Of a stretch of 64,000 nucleotides of DNA, positions 50,441 to 64,000 are shown piece by piece. Made by a program: the position numbers and the translations under genes. The notes beneath the pieces are model-generated. The model saw only the letters and a list, made by a program, of their open reading frames with translations. It was not told where the DNA came from and made no database searches. Every line of letters starts with the position of its first letter. The first letter of the stretch is position 1. Origin of the DNA: Octopus bimaculoides (Eukaryota); the NCBI RefSeq assembly GCF_001194135.2, contig NC_068983.1, forward strand, positions 163,674,454-163,738,453, written 5' to 3'.

Positions 50441-53033
50441 CTATAAATCAATTATATTGTTTACTTGTTGTCGTTGTTGTTGTTGTTATTGTTGTTGTTG
50501 TTGTTGTTGTTGTTGTTCTTCTTCTTCTTCTTCTTCTTCTTCTTCTTCTACTTCTGTCTCTTTTTGTGTGTACGTCTATCTCATTATCTCTCCTTATTCG
50601 GTTTTTCCTTCACCATTTCATAACGGCTGCTGCTGCTGCTGCTGCTACTACTACTACTACTACTACTACTGCTACTAGAGGCAATTTTCTTTTTTCTTTT
50701 ACATTGGCACAAAGGAACATATTTTTCCCTCGTTTAGTTCAAGAAACTCGTTATTGCAGTTAATCCCCGCCATCTTTATAACTTGTAAATATTTTATCGA
50801 ACTCAGAGATGTGTAAGTTATAAATCGCCCCTAATGCTATTTGAACTCGGATCCATGATTGGTGGCACTTCTGTACGTGGTAAAGTATTTTCTGAGGCAC
50901 TCGAATATGTCAGCCATTTTCTGTCATTGTCAGCTCATGTCGAACAGACGTGGTCAGAGATATCCCACTTATGACCAGCCCATCATATTCAAAACAATTT
51001 CATTCACGTGTCCTTTTTTCATTAAGACGGAAGAGTGAGATTTTCTGGACACTGTACTACTATTTTTAGCAATTTGAGCGACCACTGTAAGGCATTGCGT
51101 GTAATGTCGTTGTCTTTATTCTTATGAAGACTTTGAATTAGGATCATCAATAGAGAGATCAACAGATGTTCAATAACCGATCAGGTTGATTTTTGACTTT
51201 CCTGGGTCGATATGAAATGAATACCAGTCTAGTATTCTAGTATGGGACTCATCGATTTCCCCCTTCCCCTAAAATTTGTGACCTTATATTTTTCGTTGAA
51301 AATATTGATATTTTTTGTTGTACCTTGGGAGGGTAATTATACCAACAATAAACACATGCACTGGTTCTGTTTCGCTTCTTTTAATATTAATTAAAATTTT
51401 ACCAATTAGCTAATCGATTGTTTGATCAATTGTTATGGACACGCGTAAATATGAATGGAATAGAACAATATGAAGAGCACCCCCACCACCATCGACAACA
51501 TTTTATCATATTCAAAGGATTTCCTTGGTAATGGTTCGCTGTAGGAAAGGAAGAAAATGTGGAGAAGGTTTGTAGAGGAAGACAGAACTTCTTTGCCCGA
51601 AAAATCACAGCGAAGGGAAAATGGGGCAATTTTTTCCAGGATTTTGTTAAGGAAAATTATTTTCTAGTTCCTATTACCATTAAAAGGCTTCGAATATTTG
51701 AACATGACATCAGTTTTGGGGGTCTTTTTTTTTCTGTTGCCGTGGAAGATCTTTGAAACGTTGTTATTGTGTATTTAGTTTTCACGGTAGCTATTTGTAT
51801 TATCATTCCCTGTGTTCAAAATGGCCTCAGAAGTAGCAGCAAGAGATATTCATCGCAGTAATGATAGCTGTAGCTTTAATAACATAAACAAACACGTTTT
51901 CGTTCAATTATTTTCAAACACGGAAAAAGATTTTTAAAAAAACAAACAAGAATCGGAACAAAAAAAAAATATTATTATGAAAATTAAACGAACGCAGCTT
52001 CACGTATAAAAGCGTAGAGTCGTGCAATGAGAAAGCAAACGGATTTTGTTGGAACCATGAATATGAATGGAAGAGATCCAGAAAGGGTGTTGACAACAGG
52101 GATACACCACTGACAACAGCCACAAATCAGCTTTTGCTAAGGAACTTCTCGTTGGAATTCAACTTCAGGAAAGAAAGGAAGAATGGAGAAGGCATGTCGA
52201 GAAAGACAATAACTCTTTGAACAGGAAGTGGGTGATTTATGTAAGAAGGGGTGAGAAGGAAGTAACATAGACCTCTGTTAGGAATAATAGGGAAGTTTCT
52301 GTATAGCCTCAAGCATAGAGTTGGACAATGAATGGAAGGAGAGGTGCTCGATCTATTCAGGAAAGATGTGTGATGTTATGAGTTTGGTTATTAAGATCGG
52401 ACATGAGACGAAGAGACAAGCAGAGATGTGCATCGCGAGCATGTTTGGTTTGGTGCTGCGTTGTATGAAAAACAAAAGAAAGGAACCCAAGTTAGAACGA
52501 CCTGATGTTAACACATGACTTGTTGCTATGTCTGGTGGTGAAACGTGGAAGCATTTCACAAAAGGATCGAATCTGCCCATAGACTTACAGGTCCGGATGA
52601 CTTCTGAAGACCTGTCGGAAGAGGGTGAGAAATGAAAGGCGAAAGGAAAGTAAAGAGTGATTCCAGCTTAAATAATAAGAAGCAAATCACGAAAAAGGCA
52701 TTCAGGAAAATATGAAAATTCTCAGTTGTCTGAAATGGCACCAGGAACTCGACGGAGCTGCTGACTGACCCGAAAGGGATAAAAAAGGAGCATTGAAAAA
52801 ATGGCGGACGAATGTATTGATTTCAGATTTTCTTTGCAAAAGGCCGGCAAGTTAGGGGTTGGGGATAAGTCGATTACATTAATCCCAGTGTTCAACTGGG
52901 ACTTATTTTATCGATTCCGAAGGGATGAAAAGCAAATTCGACCTCGAAATACCGCCAAGCATTTCGCCCGGCGTGCTAAAGTTTCTTATCTCTTTACTGT
53001 CCACAAGGGGCTACACACAGAAGGGACAAACGG

Positions 53034-53090
<57 letters not shown>

Positions 53091-53119
53091 GTTGTTGTTG
53101 TTGTTGTTATTATTATTAT

Positions 53120-53593
53120 CATTGCCTTCGCACAACTTCTAACGCTGGAGATGTACTGCAGTGTCAGCTGTTCACTACCAGTGAACTAAGGTAACACCTC
53201 TTATTTTTCGAGCACCTTCCGGAGTATTCGATCGGTTCCAAGCAGTGCTGTTTTCTGCAAGTGTTCCTTCCTTATTTGCAGCCCCTATTTGTTCCACGTA
53301 CTTCTCGAGATTTTTACTCACTGTTCCCAGGGCTCCGACAATTATTGTTACTACTGCTACCTTTTTCATCGACCACAACTGCTTAACCTACCAAGCTAAC
53401 CTGTCATATCTCTCGATTTTTCTTTCTTCCTTATCGCGTAACTTGTTGTCAGCTAGACATGCTATATCTATGATCCAACATAGTTTGCTTTCTTTCTCAA
53501 TTAAGACTATGTCCGACTTCCTATTCTCTATTTCATGATCGCACTGAATCATAACATCCCATAAGATCTTTGCATTTCTATTTTCGACGATGC
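53120..53593 (-). mobile_element. R4/Dong-clade 3' fragment, family beta
   Basis: Encodes IVENRNAKILWDVMIQCDHEIENRKSDIVL..IIDIAC..IIVGALGTVS; TAA-type repeats at both junctions. Confidence 0.9.
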
Positions 53594-53595
53594 AT

Positions 53596-53712
<117 letters not shown>

Positions 53713-54169
53713 CTGCAAACGTTGTTTACAAGTCATTTTCCGAAACAAAGGATTTTACCCGATGCGATAGAGTTTTTGCCAAAAACTACTCACATACAGA
53801 TAACTTTCTAACGTTTACAGTCTTCCCCTACAGGAATTGGCATAAGAAAAAACAAAGTTTTTTTTCTTTTTCGAGGGATGGACTAGGTTTGTTTCTCTTC
53901 ACGATGCCAACTTACAAAAAGAAAATGGCTACGAATATTACACACCATTCCCAAAACAAGAAAACAGAAAATGAACAAAGTAACACATTTCACGAGTGGG
54001 AATAAATAAATAAATAAATAAATAATAATAATATTTTAATTGCACCAGATATATTTATGGTGATCGTGAACGAAAGAACACACTAATATTGTTTGAATAT
54101 CTCAAGTGGAAACGTCGTCAACAACAACAAGAAGAGCAAAAGCAGCAGTGCATACGCACCTAGGATGTC

Positions 54170-54700
54170 TGACAAGACTAGGAATAACAAAAAGCTATCT
54201 TATGCAAACATTATTTTGGGCAAAAATCCGCCTAAATATGGAGCACATTGCCGGAAGAACTAAAGCTTAACAATATCCTGTGGATATTGTTAAGCTTTAG
54301 AGATTGGTTCCCCCAAGACAGGAACCAATCTCTGAGAACCTATCATAGACGCGCGCAAGGGAAGGTAACCGAATTGTGCTTTGACAGGATCTCGAATACA
54401 TTTTTTGGTCCATGCAAAGACGAAATGGCGACAGCCTTGAGAGAAGTTTCAGTAAAATCTCCTTCATCGTCGTGAGGAGAGCGCATATAGCCATCTTTAG
54501 ATATGCCATATTTAAAACAGAGGGTGATGCTAAACCACAAACTTAACTTGTGACATACCTGCCTAGAAGCTGATCCCATCCACTATTTAGGAAAGCGAGA
54601 AGCACAAGGCTCACCCCCACAAACATTGACAACGATGGCGATCCTGGGTAGGGGCCACCTTCGTGGTACAATACGAACAGATGGTCAATGCACACGTAAC
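54170..54700 (+). mobile_element. Possible decayed ORF1 remnant related to 48514-49045
   Basis: Frameshifted segments FIVVRRAH and PIHYLGKR weakly parallel ITRGSKY and PSYCGRK. Confidence 0.3.
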
Positions 54701-55137
54701 TTTCGACGATGTTGTGGGTGGGGACCCGATAATCGTACAAAATCTCGCAAGAACACAAGTCACTACCAAGACTGTGTCTTGTAAGGTATTCCTAGAGGAA
54801 GACCTTAAAATTCGTTATTGCATGCTCAACAATACACAATACAATTCTATATTCTGAAACTGACGCCAAAAAAAAAATAATAATAATAAGGCTGACTCAC
54901 CAGATCACTTGAACAACATGGTTACATCAACAGTTCAACTCTAAATATACACGCCAAATTCACCCTTTATATGTACAGCGTGTGGAAGGCCAGAATCAGA
55001 TCCCGGCGATCTGATAAGTTAGCTTTCTCTACTTGCATCAGTTCGTCAATATACAATGGTATTGCGTAATGCTGAGCAAACATATTCATGCAAACATATA
55101 CGTACAATTTTTGCCTATTCACATTCATAGTTCTACA

Positions 55138-55380
55138 TTATATAAAACCTCACAGTTTATTTTGCTGGGTATGATGGAAAGTGTCAGCTGTCCACAACCA
55201 GAAGACTAAGGTGACACTTGTTTACTGGTCACGCTTCAAGAGTACTACAAATAATTCTTGCAGTTCCAAGCAATGTTGATGTTTGTCGGTGTTCTATCTT
55301 TACAATTGTATCAATCTTTTCGAGCCATGTTGGTAGTTGAGTGCTGATACTTCCAAGTGCACCAACTGGTATCACGTCTT
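55138..55380 (-). mobile_element. R4 family alpha 3' end, short old copy
   Basis: ctcacag..ttattttgctgggtatgatggaaag..ccaagtgcacca matches 5161 and 15969; its 5' junction is in (TTA)n. Confidence 0.85.
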
Positions 55381-55391
55381 GTTATTATTAT

Positions 55392-56040
55392 ATCGTCCCG
55401 AGTTCAAGTTCCGCCGAGGTCGACTTTTCCTTTCATCCTTTCGGGGTCGATAAGTTAAGTACCAGTTGCGTACTGGAGTCGATCTAATCGACTGGTCCCC
55501 TCTCCCAAAATTTCGGGCCTTGTGCCTAGAGTAACAAAAAAAAAAAATAATAATAAGTACCACATGAGTACTGGGATCGATGCAATTGAATTATCCCCTC
55601 ACCCTTAATTGTTGGCTTTGTGTAAAAAATTTGAAGCCAATATTAAGGCGGTGACCTAGTAGAGTCGTTAGCACACCGGACAAAATGCTTTCTGGGTTCA
55701 AATTCCGCCGAGGTTTATTTTGCCTTTCATATTTTCGGGGTCGACAAAATAAGTGCCAGTTTCGTACTGAAGCTGATGTAATCGACTAGACACTTGTCCC
55801 CAAATTTCAACCCTTGTGATTATTGAAGAAATGATTATTCGTAATAGCATTAGTTGGCGATCTGACATAATGGTTAAAGTGCTGAAAAACAACTGTAGTA
55901 TTTGCCCCAGCTTTTTACATCTGGGTTCAAATTCTGCCGAGTTCACCCTTGCTTTCAATCCTTTCAGAGTTGATAAAATAGAATAAATCAACTCCAGTCA
56001 AGTATTAGGGCTGACGGTATCGACTAACCTTCTTTCCTCA
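55392..56040 (+). mobile_element. Cluster of three family-A SINE copies
   Basis: Cores near 55430, 55730 and 55960. Confidence 0.7.
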
Positions 56041-56324
56041 GAACTACTGGCATTCCGCCTTTGTGACTATATATAATCTTAGCATTAAGGCCTGAAATTA
56101 GGTGTCCAAGTACTCCGTTTAATCGATATGAGTATCAAACTCTTGACTCGAAATGACGGGAAAATAATTGCGGGATTCGAACTCAGAACGTAAAAGGATA
56201 TAATCTTAATAAATATTATTTGCTCTTCTTTACCAATTCTTCCTCATCAAGAAAAACTGTTTTGTAGAGAGGGGTCAGTCAATATCTTCGACTACAGTAC
56301 TTAACTGGTACTTTATTTTAAAGA

Positions 56325-56925
56325 AAGGCAGGCGTGGCTTTGTGGTAAGAAGCTGCATGGTTCCGGGTTCAGCCCCACTGCGTGACACCTTGGGCAAGTG
56401 TCTTCTACTATAGTCCCAGGCCAACCAAAGACTAGTGAGTGGATTTGGTAGGCGGAAGCTGAAAGAAGCCCGTTGTGTGTGTGTATGTGTATATATATAT
56501 ATATATATNNNNNNNNNNNNNNNNNNNNNNNNNNNNNNNNNNNNNNNNNNNNNNNNNNNNNNNNNNNNNNNNNNNNNNNNNNNNNNNNNNNNNNNNNNNN
56601 NNNNNNNNNNNNNNNNNNNNNNNNNNNNNNNNNNNNNNNNNNNNNNNNNNNNNNNNNNNNNNNNNNNNNNNNNNNNNNNNNNNNNNNNNNNNNNNNNNNN
56701 NNNNNNNNNNNNNNNNNNNNNNNNNNNNNNNNGCTTGACAACCAGTATTGGTTTTGTTTCCGTATCCATAACTTAGCTGTTCGGCAAAAATGACCGATAG
56801 AATAAATACCGGGCTTAAAATGAAAATAAGTCCTGGGGTCAATCCATTAGACTAAAAATTCTTCAAGGCGGTGATCCAGCATGGCCGCAGTCTAACGAAG
56901 TGAAACGAGCGAAAGATAAGAGATA
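56325..56925 (+). mobile_element. SINE family B with an assembly gap at its central microsatellite
   Basis: Left arm, (TA)n, N-run 56509-56732, right arm. Confidence 0.85.
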
Positions 56926-57071
56926 AACGGTGAACCACCATACCACAAAACATTTTCTGCGATGAGCCACCGCTTCAGTGAATCCTCTCCCCGCCCACAC
57001 TAACAATAAAGGAAATTTCTAAGTCTGGCACGATGCCATACATTTTGAGGCAGGCGATATCTGCTTACGTC

Positions 57072-57735
57072 AATGCACGTGGCTTAGTGGATAGGGCGTT
57101 CGTCTCACGATTGTAACGTCATGGGTTCGATTGCTGGCTACGCGTTGTGCTCTTGAGCGAAACATACTACAGGGTGATTCAAAAGTCGCCATACAAAGGA
57201 ACAATTTATCTTTTTATACGAAACAGTTTATAAGAATAATTTTTTTTTTATTTAACAGGCTCTGTATGGTTACCATTATTTTGAATACACATTGCAATAC
57301 GTTTACCCCACTCAATGTGAACTCGTAATAACACATCTCTTGATACGTGTGCAAATGAGTTGGTGATGCGTTCCTTCAAATGATTTATGTCTTTTATCTT
57401 TCCGCGATACACCATGCCTTTCAAATTCCCCCAAAGATAGAAATCAAGAGAGGTCAGATCAGGGGAACTAAGGGGTCTTATAAACTGTCTCTTATAAAAA
57501 AATAAAAAAATTTCCTATGTATGGAGACTTCTGAATCACTCTGTATTCCACCTTTCTCCAGTCCAATCAGCTGGCAAAAATGAATTCTACCTCTAATTCA
57601 AAGAGCCCAGCCTTGTCATATTCTGTGTCTCACTGAATCTCCCTCAGAACTACGTTAAGGATTCGCGTGTCTGTGGAGTGCTCAGCCACTTGCACGTTAA
57701 TTTCACGAGCAAGCTGCGTCGTCGTAACCGACGGA
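57072..57735 (+). mobile_element. SINE family E interrupted by a Tc1/mariner derivative
   Basis: The head ends ..gagcgaaacatac and the body resumes ttcca..ctccagtccaatcagctgg after 57545. Confidence 0.75.
57170..57543 (-). mobile_element. Non-autonomous Tc1/mariner element with TA TSD
   Basis: TIRs cagggtgattcaaaagtc / gacttctgaatcactctg flanked by TA; it retains SPDLTSLDFYLWGNLKGMVY..MCIQNNGNH. Confidence 0.9.
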
Positions 57736-57880
57736 GAGCCAGTTTTATATTTTATTATATCCATTTCATTTGTAATATCGACTCCGGAAGTATCATAGAC
57801 GAAGGATCACAAAAGTATTTGGACTTATAATGAAAGGAACCATAACTATAAAATGCATTGAATTTATATATTAAACAATC

Positions 57881-58260
57881 GTGGCACTCCGTCGGTTACG
57901 ACGTCGAGGGTTCCAGTTGATCCTATCAACGGAACAGCCTGCTCGTGAAATGAACGTGCAAGTGGCTGAGCACTCCACAGACACGTGTACCCTTAACGTA
58001 GTTCTCGGGGAGATTCAACGTGACACAGAAGGTGACAAGGCTGGCCCTTTCAGATACTGGTACAACAGAAACAGGAAGAAAGGGTGAGAAAGTTGTGGTG
58101 AAAGAGTACAGCAGGGTTCGCCACCATCCCCTGCCAGAGCCTCTTGGAGCTTTAGGTGTTTTCGCTCAATAAACACTCACAACACTCGGTCTGGGAATCG
58201 AAACCGCGATCCTACGACCGCGAGTCTGTTGCCCAAACCACTGGACCATCGCGCCTCCAC
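57881..58260 (-). mobile_element. SINE family D with target-site duplication
   Basis: Full length; tattaaaca..aatc on both flanks. Confidence 0.88.
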
Positions 58261-58780
58261 TATTAAACACTAATCATAAAACTAAAGCATGATATAAAGA
58301 CACAATTAAGAAAATGATAAATTTCTCATGAAGAATAATTGCGAGGGAAATTAGGGTACCCCCATCCGTCCATCCAAATTAAAGTACCCCCGAAAATAAT
58401 ATANNNNNNNNNNNNNNNNNNNNNNNNNNNNNNNNNNNNNNNNNNNNNNNNNNNNNNNNNNNNNNNNNNNNNNNNNNNNNNNNNNNNNNNNNNNNNNNNN
58501 NNNNNNNNNNNNNNNNNNNNNNNNNNNNNNNNNNNNNNNNNNNNNNNNNNNNNNNNNNNNNNNNNNNNNNNNNNNNNNNNNNNNNNNNNNNNNNNNNNNN
58601 NNNNNNNNNNNNNNNNNNNNNNNNNNNNNNNNNNNNNNNNNNNNNNNNNNNNNNNNNNNNNNNNNNNNNNNNNNNNNNNNNNNNNNNNNNNNNNNNNNNN
58701 NNNNNNNNNNNNNNNNNNNNNNNNNNNNNNNNNNNNNNNNNNNNNNNNNNNNNNNNNNNNNNNNNNNNNNNNNNNNNNNN

Positions 58781-58863
<83 letters not shown>

Positions 58864-59720
58864 GTGCATATATATATTCATAGATGCTAATAAGTCTGCC
58901 TGTCAAGTTCTGTTTCTTTCTCTCTCTGCGTTGCTCTCCTCTGCTTTCACTACTCCTCTTCCCCCATCAGCTGATATACAATCCCTCTCGTTTTCCTCTT
59001 TCTCTCTCTTTCTCCTCCCTCCACCTCTGTTATTCTCTTCTCACAAAACTCAACTTTCAGTCGATGCGCAAACACAAACACGCACAAACACTTGCTTCTC
59101 TTCCTCTCCCTCCTCTCCTTTTCCTCTTCACTCCTATACATGTTCCCGTAGTTCACTCTCCTCCCACCACGACCATCATTAAATGCTCTCATCTCTCTCT
59201 CCCCCTTCTCTCTTATTAAACCGACCTACTCCCCTTCCTCTTACTTCTCCCCCTCCCGCTATCACTGCGCAACAGCTAGCGCGTAATTTTCTACTTTCAC
59301 TTTCGTTCCAATTTCAACATTCAACACTATCTATTTAATAATAGTGCTGTTGTTGTGGTTGTTGTTAGACTGATGTTGTTAGTGCTAATATAGTGTTGTG
59401 ACAGTGTTGTTGTTGTTATTGTTGTTGTTACTGTTACATTATCAGCATAATTTTTTCATTCCTTCTTTTCTATTCTTAGAGACTCTACGTAACTCTCCTT
59501 ATCTTTCAGTTATTCATCATCCATACACTATATATATATATATATATCCACAAAAGAATACGCATGTTTACAACTGCTCCCCCTCCTCCTTATATTATTC
59601 CTCTTTTGGAGTTCCAGTACCTGTCGTTGCTTTCCTTCTTTTTCTCATACATTCATACATAAACTCTCCTCTTCTCCCTCGTAATTGCACCGCTTTCTTC
59701 CTCTCAGACGATATACATTC

Positions 59721-59771
<51 letters not shown>

Positions 59772-59944
59772 ACACACACACATACACACACATATATATA
59801 TAGAGAGAGAGCGAGAGACCTCATACCCCTGCCTCTGTTGTAGCCTCATTGTGGCACACACATGCACACAGACATATACATACACATACATACACACACA
59901 CACATATTTCTCCATCTTCTTGTGTCAGTCCCTCACTCCGTCTT

Positions 59945-59976
<32 letters not shown>

Positions 59977-60540
59977 TCCATCTCTCTTAATCTTCATCTC
60001 TTCTCTTGTACTCTCTTCTTGCATACGTCCCCTGATGCACGCATACAAACTCTCTCTCTCTCTCTATTTAGCTTCTCTCTCTATCCACTTCAACCTTGAT
60101 CTCTCATTCTCTCCTCTGCCTCCTTACTCTCTCTAACCTCCCTCCTTTCCATTCACACTTCTCTTATATCGTCTCTCTCACTATCCCTCTCTTCATAGAT
60201 ACACACACACACATACACACGCACATATATATATATGAATATAAATATATAGACATACATACATATACATACACATATATACATCTATACAAAACCACAC
60301 AGGCACGCACGCACGCACGCACACACGCAGCTATCGTTATTTTCATCAACTTTCCTCCTCCTTCTCTCCATCTCCGAACGCCTGCTTCTTTCTCTCCCTC
60401 TCCTCTTTCTCTCACTCCCTCCCTCCCTCAACGACTCTCCGTTCTCTCACTCTCCCTCACGTTATACTGCTGTTTGTTTCTCCATTCTCAAGCCAACCGT
60501 GCCGACGATGATTCAGTTACACACACATAGAGATAGATGA
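58781..60540. repeat. Long pyrimidine-strand-biased CT/CA-rich tract
   Basis: Seen directly; it explains the L/S-rich ORFs here. Confidence 0.85.
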
Positions 60541-60915
60541 GCGTCCACCTTATACACATCCGCCAAGCTAAAACAAACCAATTAACTTAACTTCACTTAC
60601 ACAACTAATTAATGATAGAATTTTTTTTTTATAAAAAAAACAAAAACTTAATTTTTACCCCAATCGTTTTACCAAGTTTCAATTAGAATTACAAAACGCC
60701 AGACCAGATCTGTGATTAACAACGAACGAATAGGAAAACAAATACCATTAGCAATATAGAAGAAATATATATATATATATATATATATTTCAAAATATAT
60801 ATGTAAGCTGCTGGTGCGATATACTTGTACATTATACGTTTATTCTTGTGTATTTTTCTGGCTGTTCTACACCAGTTTTATTTTTTGTTATTTTTTGTCA
60901 AAGAGGAAGAAGTGA

Positions 60916-60957
60916 TATAAAGATTCGGAGAATCAAACATCGCTACACGCACACATA

Positions 60958-61012
<55 letters not shown>

Positions 61013-61084
61013 GCGCGCACTCACACGCGCAATCACAAAGGAGTCGGCGATACATATTAAATGACAGCAACAGCATAGGTAAGT
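60916..61084 (+). promoter_or_regulatory. Candidate TATA box and first-exon donor
   Basis: TATAAAG at 60916-60922 and AG|GTAAGT at 61078/61079. Confidence 0.2.
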
Positions 61085-61249
61085 CCTTATATTCTAGCAC
61101 TTCGCTTAATTTCTGTCAGACATTATTACCATTTCTCTGCCTGACGTCCTTCCGGAGGCGGGGTGGGCCAATATAATAAACCTACCATTCATAATACTGA
61201 CGTTGATATATAGTCGACAACAGTTTCCTATCCAACAATTTCTATGTAA

Positions 61250-61321
<72 letters not shown>

Positions 61322-62139
61322 GTGTGTTCATATACTTTGTATACCGTGTCTATTTTAATCTCATTTCACCCTCCTCTCCCCTTTCTTCCCCTCATATTTT
61401 GTGCCCCTACCATACACACACACACACACACACAAATTGTAAACTGTCCTTGTACCGCCATCTCCCTCTGCTGCCCCTGTGGCAAAATAAAAGACATCAA
61501 CGTTATCCCTATAACCATTGTTGTTAGTATTGTCGTTGTCTTGTTAAATATTATTATTATTATTATTATTATTATCATTATTGTTATTTCCATTATCGAA
61601 GCAGTGAGATAGTTTACAAGTGGTGATTTGGTGAATTTTATTTAGAGTGGCGGATTAAACATTTTACGGTATTCAGTTGCGTCCCTTTGCGTTTCTGAGT
61701 TCAAATCTTAATGGGAGCCGACTTTTCCTTTCTCCATGCTCGGAGGGCTATCAATGAAATAAATACAATTACAATTCTGAATCGATTGTGTTTCTCCCTC
61801 CAAATTCCCGACCTTCGATCTCGATTCGATCTGTTCATGAATTACGATGCATTTTAGCATTGTTTTTCGCTTGGTTCATGTGAGTTGTCTTGTACAGCGC
61901 GCCTGTATGTGTTTCACAATAACAAGGACTGTGTCGAGGCATGTTACTGAGTAACAGGGTCTGCATTGTTGCTTCTTGTGTTATATTAATGTGGCTCTAA
62001 TTTGTTGTATAAATTATAAAGTATTGAAAGGGTTTGGGTGTGGACAGTGTACTGTTTGCGTATTAATGCGTTGAGTAACAATTAAAAGTTTCCAGCAATC
62101 AAGGGCGTGACGTAAATAACTGTTGGTGCTGATGTTGCC

Positions 62140-62340
62140 GTTGTTGTTGTTGTTGTTTAATTAATCCCTATCAGTTCTGATTGAGCAAACCTAAGATCAA
62201 GGATATTCAAGCTAAGAACATCCCACTTTATCTTCAGGTATAAAGCATCTAGGACCACATTATCCAAAGTCCTACCATTTTTCTTTTTACAACGATAGGA
62301 ATGTAACGGAAATTTAGCGTCTATTTCTAGCAAGCTGTAC
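62140..62340 (-). mobile_element. Family F retroposon, degenerate
   Basis: (GTT)n then gtttaa..gagcaaacctaagatc..ctatttctagcaag. Confidence 0.5.
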
Positions 62341-63224
62341 TTAATATTTGTACCTCATAGAATAATTTTTTGGATTGCATCTAAAACTTGTGTGATCTGG
62401 CATCATTGTTGTATTGTTGAAATTCCATTTTTGTACATTCCCGACTACACATAGTTATCACGAGAATCGCTTCTTTTTCCTTCTCTGCTCTACATTCTTC
62501 TTACTCCAAATTAATAATGACTTCGTCGAAAGGAATCGAGATGTCCATCAGTATGTAAAGGTTTCCTATAAAACCGATGACTAGAATATCTGGGAACTTA
62601 TTTATCGACCCGAACAAGAAACCCTCATATCATCGGGGTCAAGTCATTGTCATACACCGGATGTAGTGCATGTTTGTGGCGCTTATTAATGGCAAAGTTT
62701 GTATTTAATTACGTCCCTTCGTCACATTTTGTGTTCGAATCCTGACGAGGTTAGCTTTGACTTCCATTCTTCTGGGGTTAAAAAAAAAATGCTGATGCCG
62801 CTTTCATCAACCAAAGCCCCTCCCCTTAAATTTCTGGCCTTCGCCTATCTTCTTTTAATTATGGTTGGAGCTGGCTTTGAAATGTCATGCTTTATATTAT
62901 GCTATAGTTAATGTCTGTTCTGGGATCGACTCTCACCGAGAACAGGCGGCACGGTCAATAAAGTAATAGTATAGAAGTGGGGAGGTGGGACGATATGGTA
63001 CCGTCACCCCCCAAATATGTGTCTATGTGTGTGCGTGCGAGACGTGTGTGTGCGTGCGACATGTGTGTGCGTGTGTGTATCCTGGTTTGTGTATTTGTGG
63101 GTGTGTGTATCTATAAGTGTATACATGTACGTGTGTCTGTCGCGTGTGTATGTATGTTTGTGTGTGTGTGATTACACATGCATATTGATCTCCATAGCTA
63201 TAACAACGGCTACTATATATATAC

Positions 63225-63283
<59 letters not shown>

Positions 63284-64000
63284 CTAATATTACGGCAACA
63301 TTTGCTTGGTTTTCGTTTCATTTCTTCGTTCATTACCGTGTTTTTTAATGAACACCCCAAACCACATTGGAGCCAATGTGTGAGACTACGACCTGACAGA
63401 AATAGTAGAGAAAATACCCTCAAATCAGAATATTTTATGGCAAATACGCTATTGCCTTAAAAAATAAACGAGAAGTCACATTGATAATGTAGGACTGATT
63501 TGCAAAAAAGACAGGATGGTCACAGACGGATCGCGTTTGACTGACGAGTAGATCTGGGGCCAAGTTGCAACGACAGTTACGATATCAGTAAGATCAACAG
63601 CAACAACAACTAGATCAGGAAATACTGTTTGCAACTGCAAAATATACTGCAACGACAATAGAGACAAGACAATCCCAGCTGCACAACCCGGCTCTCTTTC
63701 CTCTGCTTTCGTACATGTCTACACGCAAACAAATGCTCGATGCTAGCAGGAAACCAGAAATAAATGGCATGACAAAAAAAAAACAAAAAACTATGACCAC
63801 GATATAACCAACAAGTGTGTAAGAAGCAGAGAACGGCCTTAGCAACAGCAGCGACAACAATACAATGTTAAGTTGGGTGCATAATGAATGAAAAATCATC
63901 TCTAATGTTTATTGATGTACACACAAGCAAACATAGCGGACACATATATATTATGCACGCATACATATATATGTTTGTATTTATATATATATATATATAT

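Noticed and set aside
52050-52750. Possible CR1/Jockey RT C-terminal remnant on the minus strand
   Set aside because: Too decayed to anchor on any motif.
63615-63899. 94-aa hydrophobic minus-strand ORF with a signal-peptide-like start
   Set aside because: The hydrophobicity derives from antisense A-rich and AAC/AGC tracts, including a poly-T run.

Overview
This is AT-rich, repeat-dominated eukaryotic DNA with ten N-gaps. I infer a coleoid cephalopod (octopus-like) genome from recalled SINE families and microsatellite density, which I cannot verify here. No gene can be named. Nearly all ORF-track entries are microsatellite or gap artefacts. The window holds at least six tRNA-headed SINE types and many fragments of R4/Dong-clade (RLE) retrotransposons at (TAA)n or (TACA)n microsatellites. 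It also has RTE LINE fragments, an ORF1/gag-like fragment, Tc1/mariner, hAT and Helitron remnants, and a MITE. A cluster of minus-strand splice signals at 17.0-19.1 kb may be an unidentified host gene. The most notable signals are catalytic-RNA-like. Two divergent type-I hammerhead motifs sit in an inverted repeat at 141-315, and a third, decayed one lies at 27895-27950 (both sites Penelope-like). A possible HDV-like fold heads a short (AAC)n-tailed retroposon. A ~520-bp non-coding element forms a head-to-tail train with an R4 fragment in TAA repeats.
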